A stretch of 63,737 bases of DNA, the filler included, from an uncultured Methanosarcinales archaeon (lineage in GTDB: Archaea; Nanobdellota; Nanobdellia; Woesearchaeales; UBA12501), in the NCBI GenBank assembly GCA_964397315.1. It is 5 parts of 5 records of this genome, joined end to end, with 100 filler letters (N's around TTAATTAATTAA, not from the genome) between each part and the next. Parts side by side here need not be neighbours in the genome. Positions count along the whole stretch, not along the records: positions 55,518 to 63,737 come from CAYNHV010000041.1; 4 more parts are not named here. One strand, given 5' to 3'. Below, piece after piece: positions 60,560 through 63,737 of the stretch. Position numbers and translations under genes: made by a program. The stretch's first letter is position 1. The number at the start of each line of letters is the position of its first letter. The notes under the pieces were generated by a model. It worked only from the letters and a program-made list of their open reading frames with translations, was not told the DNA's origin and did no database searches.

Positions 60560-60827
60560 TGTATAAGGATCTCTATAGCGAAGAGATAGTGAAGAAACTG
60601 TCTAAAATCAAAAAGAAAGACCCTGCAGAATATTCTAAGATTAGAAAGAAGATGGATTCAATTTTAGCATATCCTAATCACAGCTATAAATTCCTGACTC
60701 ATGATATGAAAGGCCTTAACAGAGGGTTTATCTAGGACATTTTGTGTTAGTATTTAGGATTGATCATCAGAACCAAATTGTTTCTTTTGAAGATTACGAA
60801 CATCATGATAATATATATCTGAAATAA
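60559..60827 (+). pseudogene. Frameshifted RelE-family toxin
   Basis: MYKDLYS..MKGLNR, frameshift at AGAGGGTTT (~60724), then VYLGHFVLVF..HHDNIYLK*. Confidence 0.75.
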
Positions 60828-61034
60828 GTCCCAAGCCCTTTCTATAAACAGCCGCAATTCAATTGTGCTTGACGATGTAGGCTCCCGAGCTTGCGAGGAC
60901 GAGAGACGAAGTTGCGAAGAGTTAAGGTGCAGGCAGGTTTTTCGTAATTATTTAGCTTTCTGAAGTGGTTTTTCTTGATTTATATACTCCAGTACCGAAA
61001 TCTTAATATATCTGTGTAGTTACATTGTAACTAC

Positions 61035-61172
61035 ATGGCAAAACCAATCAAGATGGAGATGGAAGGTTTTGAAATTGTTGAAAAAGTCGCTGATGCCGGT
61101 GGCAACAGTGCTCGTATCTACGTTCCTAAGCATTGGCTTGGTAAAAAAGTGAGGGCGGTGCTTATAGAATGA
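61035..61172 (+). CDS. DUF2080-like transposase-associated protein
   Basis: GGNSARIYVPKHWLGKKVRAV; ATGA overlap with the transposase. Confidence 0.8.
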   Translation: MAKPIKMEMEGFEIVEKVADAGGNSARIYVPKHWLGKKVRAVLIE

Positions 61173-62494
61173 TTTCTAAAGGAGAAGCCAAGAAATTGAA
61201 AGATAGGATTAGAGAGCTTGAGGAAGAAATTAAGCGTCTTAAAAAAGTGGAGAAAGAATTCGAGGAATTCAAAGCAAAATATGCAGGCACTGTTGATAAC
61301 CTTAAGCAAGCCATGAGAATCAAGCCAAATCTTAAAACAAAACCTAAATCTCTAGGTGCTCCCAAAGGCCATAAAGGATATGCCAGGCATATACCAGAAA
61401 GAATTGATAAGGTCAAAGCCTTAAACCCCTCAAGATGCCCGCATTGCAATACAAAACTAAGTGCAACACAAGAGATAAGGCACAGGCATGTTACTGACAT
61501 TAAGCTGACAGCAAAATCCATAACAACAAAATATAATATTCACAGGAAATATTGTCCTGAATGCAAAAAACTTGTTGAAAAACAAGTTCCAAATGCCTTG
61601 CCTCATGCAAGGTTCGGGCTTAACATTATGCTCCTTGTCATGTATCTCAAGCTTGGCTTGAGACTGCCCTGCAACAAGGTATGTGATTTCTTTATGACAT
61701 TTTATTCACTGAGCATTAGCGAAGGCGAAATAATTGTCATACTTAGGCAATTAGCCAATGCTTTTGGTGATTATTACTCTTATCTCGAGAAATTAGTAAA
61801 ATTAGCCAGAGTCAAGCATACTGATTCTACAGGTTGGCGAATCAGCGGCAAGAATTATTTTGCATGGGTATTTGTGGCAGCAGGAGTTGTGCTTTACAAG
61901 ATTCGCAAGCGCAACAACCACAAAGTAGGGCTTGCACTATTTGGTAAAAGGCAGGAAGGCAAAACTTTAGTAGTGGACAGGCATTCAGCGCATAGAACAT
62001 TAGCAGAAAAATCAGGATTTGTACTGCAATTTTGCTGGTCGCATATCCTTAAGGAGTCAAAAAGGTTAGCTAAGGATTTTGGTGCTAATGGAAGTTATGT
62101 CCATAGAAAACTAAAGAGGATATATTCTTTAGCTAAAGGATTGGATCATAAAGGAACAGAGGAGATGGTTCAGCAGCTGCAAGGGCAAATAATTGAATTG
62201 CTTGACAGACATTATCAAAGCAAGACAGTATGGAAATTTGTTAAAGGGCTTAATAGAGATGTTGGTGGTTTGTTCAGATTTGTGGCAGATCAGGATGTTG
62301 ATTCAACTAATAACATCAGTGAAAGGGAATTAAGGGCATTGGTCATTATCAGGAAGATTAGCAATGGCTCGAGAAGCAGAAGAGGAGCAAATGCTTCTGC
62401 TATGCTTCTATCGGTTATTCAGACATTAAGGCTTCAGAAAAAGAATGTACTGGAAGGATTATGTGATATAATCAATAATCCTTCAGGTTGGTAA
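61169..62494 (+). CDS. IS66-family transposase
   Basis: GAPKGHKG, CPHC..CPEC, HTDSTGW, VVDR, CWSHI, TNNISERELR. Confidence 0.93.
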   Translation: MISKGEAKKLKDRIRELEEEIKRLKKVEKEFEEFKAKYAGTVDNLKQAMRIKPNLKTKPKSLGAPKGHKGYARHIPERIDKVKALNPSRCPHCNTKLSATQEIRHRHVTDIKLTAKSITTKYNIHRKYCPECKKLVEKQVPNALPHARFGLNIMLLVMYLKLGLRLPCNKVCDFFMTFYSLSISEGEIIVILRQLANAFGDYYSYLEKLVKLARVKHTDSTGWRISGKNYFAWVFVAAGVVLYKIRKRNNHKVGLALFGKRQEGKTLVVDRHSAHRTLAEKSGFVLQFCWSHILKESKRLAKDFGANGSYVHRKLKRIYSLAKGLDHKGTEEMVQQLQGQIIELLDRHYQSKTVWKFVKGLNRDVGGLFRFVADQDVDSTNNISERELRALVIIRKISNGSRSRRGANASAMLLSVIQTLRLQKKNVLEGLCDIINNPSGW

Positions 62495-62546
62495 ATAATT
62501 ACGGTTTTTCGTTAACTTTAAATATCCATGTATCATTCATATAAAT

Positions 62547-62939
62547 ATGGAAGAAAATGAATCACTTGATCAAGTAATTGAATTTGAAGGTGAATGGAAA
62601 GGAGGATTTAGTTTTGAAGATAATGGTTATGATTCTGGGAAGTTTGATATGGCAGTAAATTTAAGACCCAATGGTGCTTTTTCTGGTACAACTAAGGACA
62701 AACATGGTATTGCCAATGTTGAGGGAGAAATAAGAAATAGCCATATCAAGTTCACAAAAAAGTATGTAAAAGATAATTGTTCTTCTGACGCTCTAAAAGC
62801 AGGCATAATATATGAGGGTGAAAGAGTGGGTGAGGGTGTCTTCAAAGGATTGTGGTGTCCTGAGTGGGCTTATGGGCATGAACCCAAAACCGAATTACAC
62901 TACGAATTCACCCTAAGTGAAAAATCTGCCGAGCATTAA
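62547..62939 (+). CDS. Hypothetical beta-rich protein
   Basis: 130-aa AT-rich ORF with upstream TATA. Confidence 0.6.
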   Translation: MEENESLDQVIEFEGEWKGGFSFEDNGYDSGKFDMAVNLRPNGAFSGTTKDKHGIANVEGEIRNSHIKFTKKYVKDNCSSDALKAGIIYEGERVGEGVFKGLWCPEWAYGHEPKTELHYEFTLSEKSAEH

Positions 62940-63054
62940 TTGAAACTAACGATGTCAGGCGATCCGAAGCCTTTAGGTTGAGGGCAAAATCTGACTGAAG
63001 GGAGTATTTTGAGTCGAGAAAAAAGCGTAAAAAATAGAAGGGCAAAAAACAGAT

Positions 63055-63468
63055 TTATCCTTTATCATTTTGAGAAGCTTCTTGGTAACTTCTTTTAAGA
63101 TCTATTGCTTCTTGGCAGTTTGGATCAATGATTAAAGCAGAATCTACTGCTAATTTACCCCCAAGATATTCTTTAGTCTCGTGAGGTTTGCTTAAACCTT
63201 CTTTCCCTAATTGAAGAAAATTTTCGCGTAGTCTTGCTTGTGCTTCTTCCTGATTAATGGTAATTTTAGTTCCATCTCTTGATGTAGAAATATTTTTTGA
63301 TTCTGTGTCATTGATATATTCTATCGCTGATTCAAGACATATTATAGCATCCTGATATCTTCCTGAATCATGGGCCATTAAACTCTGTGTCATAAGGAGA
63401 CTTATAGGAAATTGATGACCCAATCTTTGTATTATTCCCACCAAAGGATCATTTTTATTTTCTGTCAT
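63055..63468 (-). CDS. Hypothetical TPR-like protein
   Basis: GRYQDAIICLESAI, ALIIDPNCQEA; GGAGG SD and TATA. Confidence 0.6.
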   Translation of the reverse strand: MTENKNDPLVGIIQRLGHQFPISLLMTQSLMAHDSGRYQDAIICLESAIEYINDTESKNISTSRDGTKITINQEEAQARLRENFLQLGKEGLSKPHETKEYLGGKLAVDSALIIDPNCQEAIDLKRSYQEASQNDKG

Positions 63469-63684
63469 ATATTACCTCCCAATATATCACCAAGAAGTAA
63501 TAACACCTATTTATATCTTTCGGTTTTGCCCTTCTCGAAACACCTTTTTCTTGATTTTGCCTAACGATGTTATATACCCAAGCCTCGGGAGCCCCCTAAA
63601 CAGAGAGATAGCGGAGTTCTGGCTGGGGCGATAGAGCTGAGCCGGCGAGAAGCCTTGAAGAGGCGATGAAGAGTTCAGAAACCT

Positions 63685-63737
63685 CAGTATCTCCGAAAGC
63701 AAATGATTTCTAAAAAGTAGTTTCAAAAACCGAAAAT
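63685..63737 (+). mobile_element. Probable opposite end of the CAGTATCTCCGAA IS
   Basis: 13-nt match to the terminus seen at two contig starts, then diverges. Confidence 0.55.

Larger units (their letters stand above)
60944..62502 (+). mobile_element. IS66-family insertion sequence, 1559 bp
   Basis: TIR GTAATTATTTA, 8-bp TSD GGTTTTTC at 60936-60943 and 62503-62510. Confidence 0.93.

Overview
Archaeal DNA, most consistent with a DPANN (Woesearchaeota-like) genome: TFB, ZPR1, archaeal TATA boxes and a BHB-intron tRNA. It is five contigs joined by artificial 100-nt N/TTAATTAATTAA linkers; the three complete contigs fall in length (13444, 13045, 12859 bp), so adjacency across gaps carries no information. 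Contents: a near-complete de novo pyrimidine cluster plus argG, a HemK-kinase fusion, a surface-protein locus (a beta-barrel-like ORF and a ~2850-aa PKD protein), tRNA-Val(GAC) with two non-canonical introns, an orphan CARF regulator beside small unknown ORFs, glmS, apt/mtnP, PhoH2, four TA modules and an intact IS66. Most notable: (1) a dispersed non-coding element (4 copies plus 1 partial) with a conserved TATA-bearing core flanked by two degenerate periodic arrays; (2) a free-standing LAGLIDADG endonuclease fused to a decayed glmS 5' end just upstream of an intact glmS with an AT-rich 5' end; (3) the double-intron tRNA; (4) several unannotated small paralogous modules and hairpin elements. 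All calls are by eye, without database searches.
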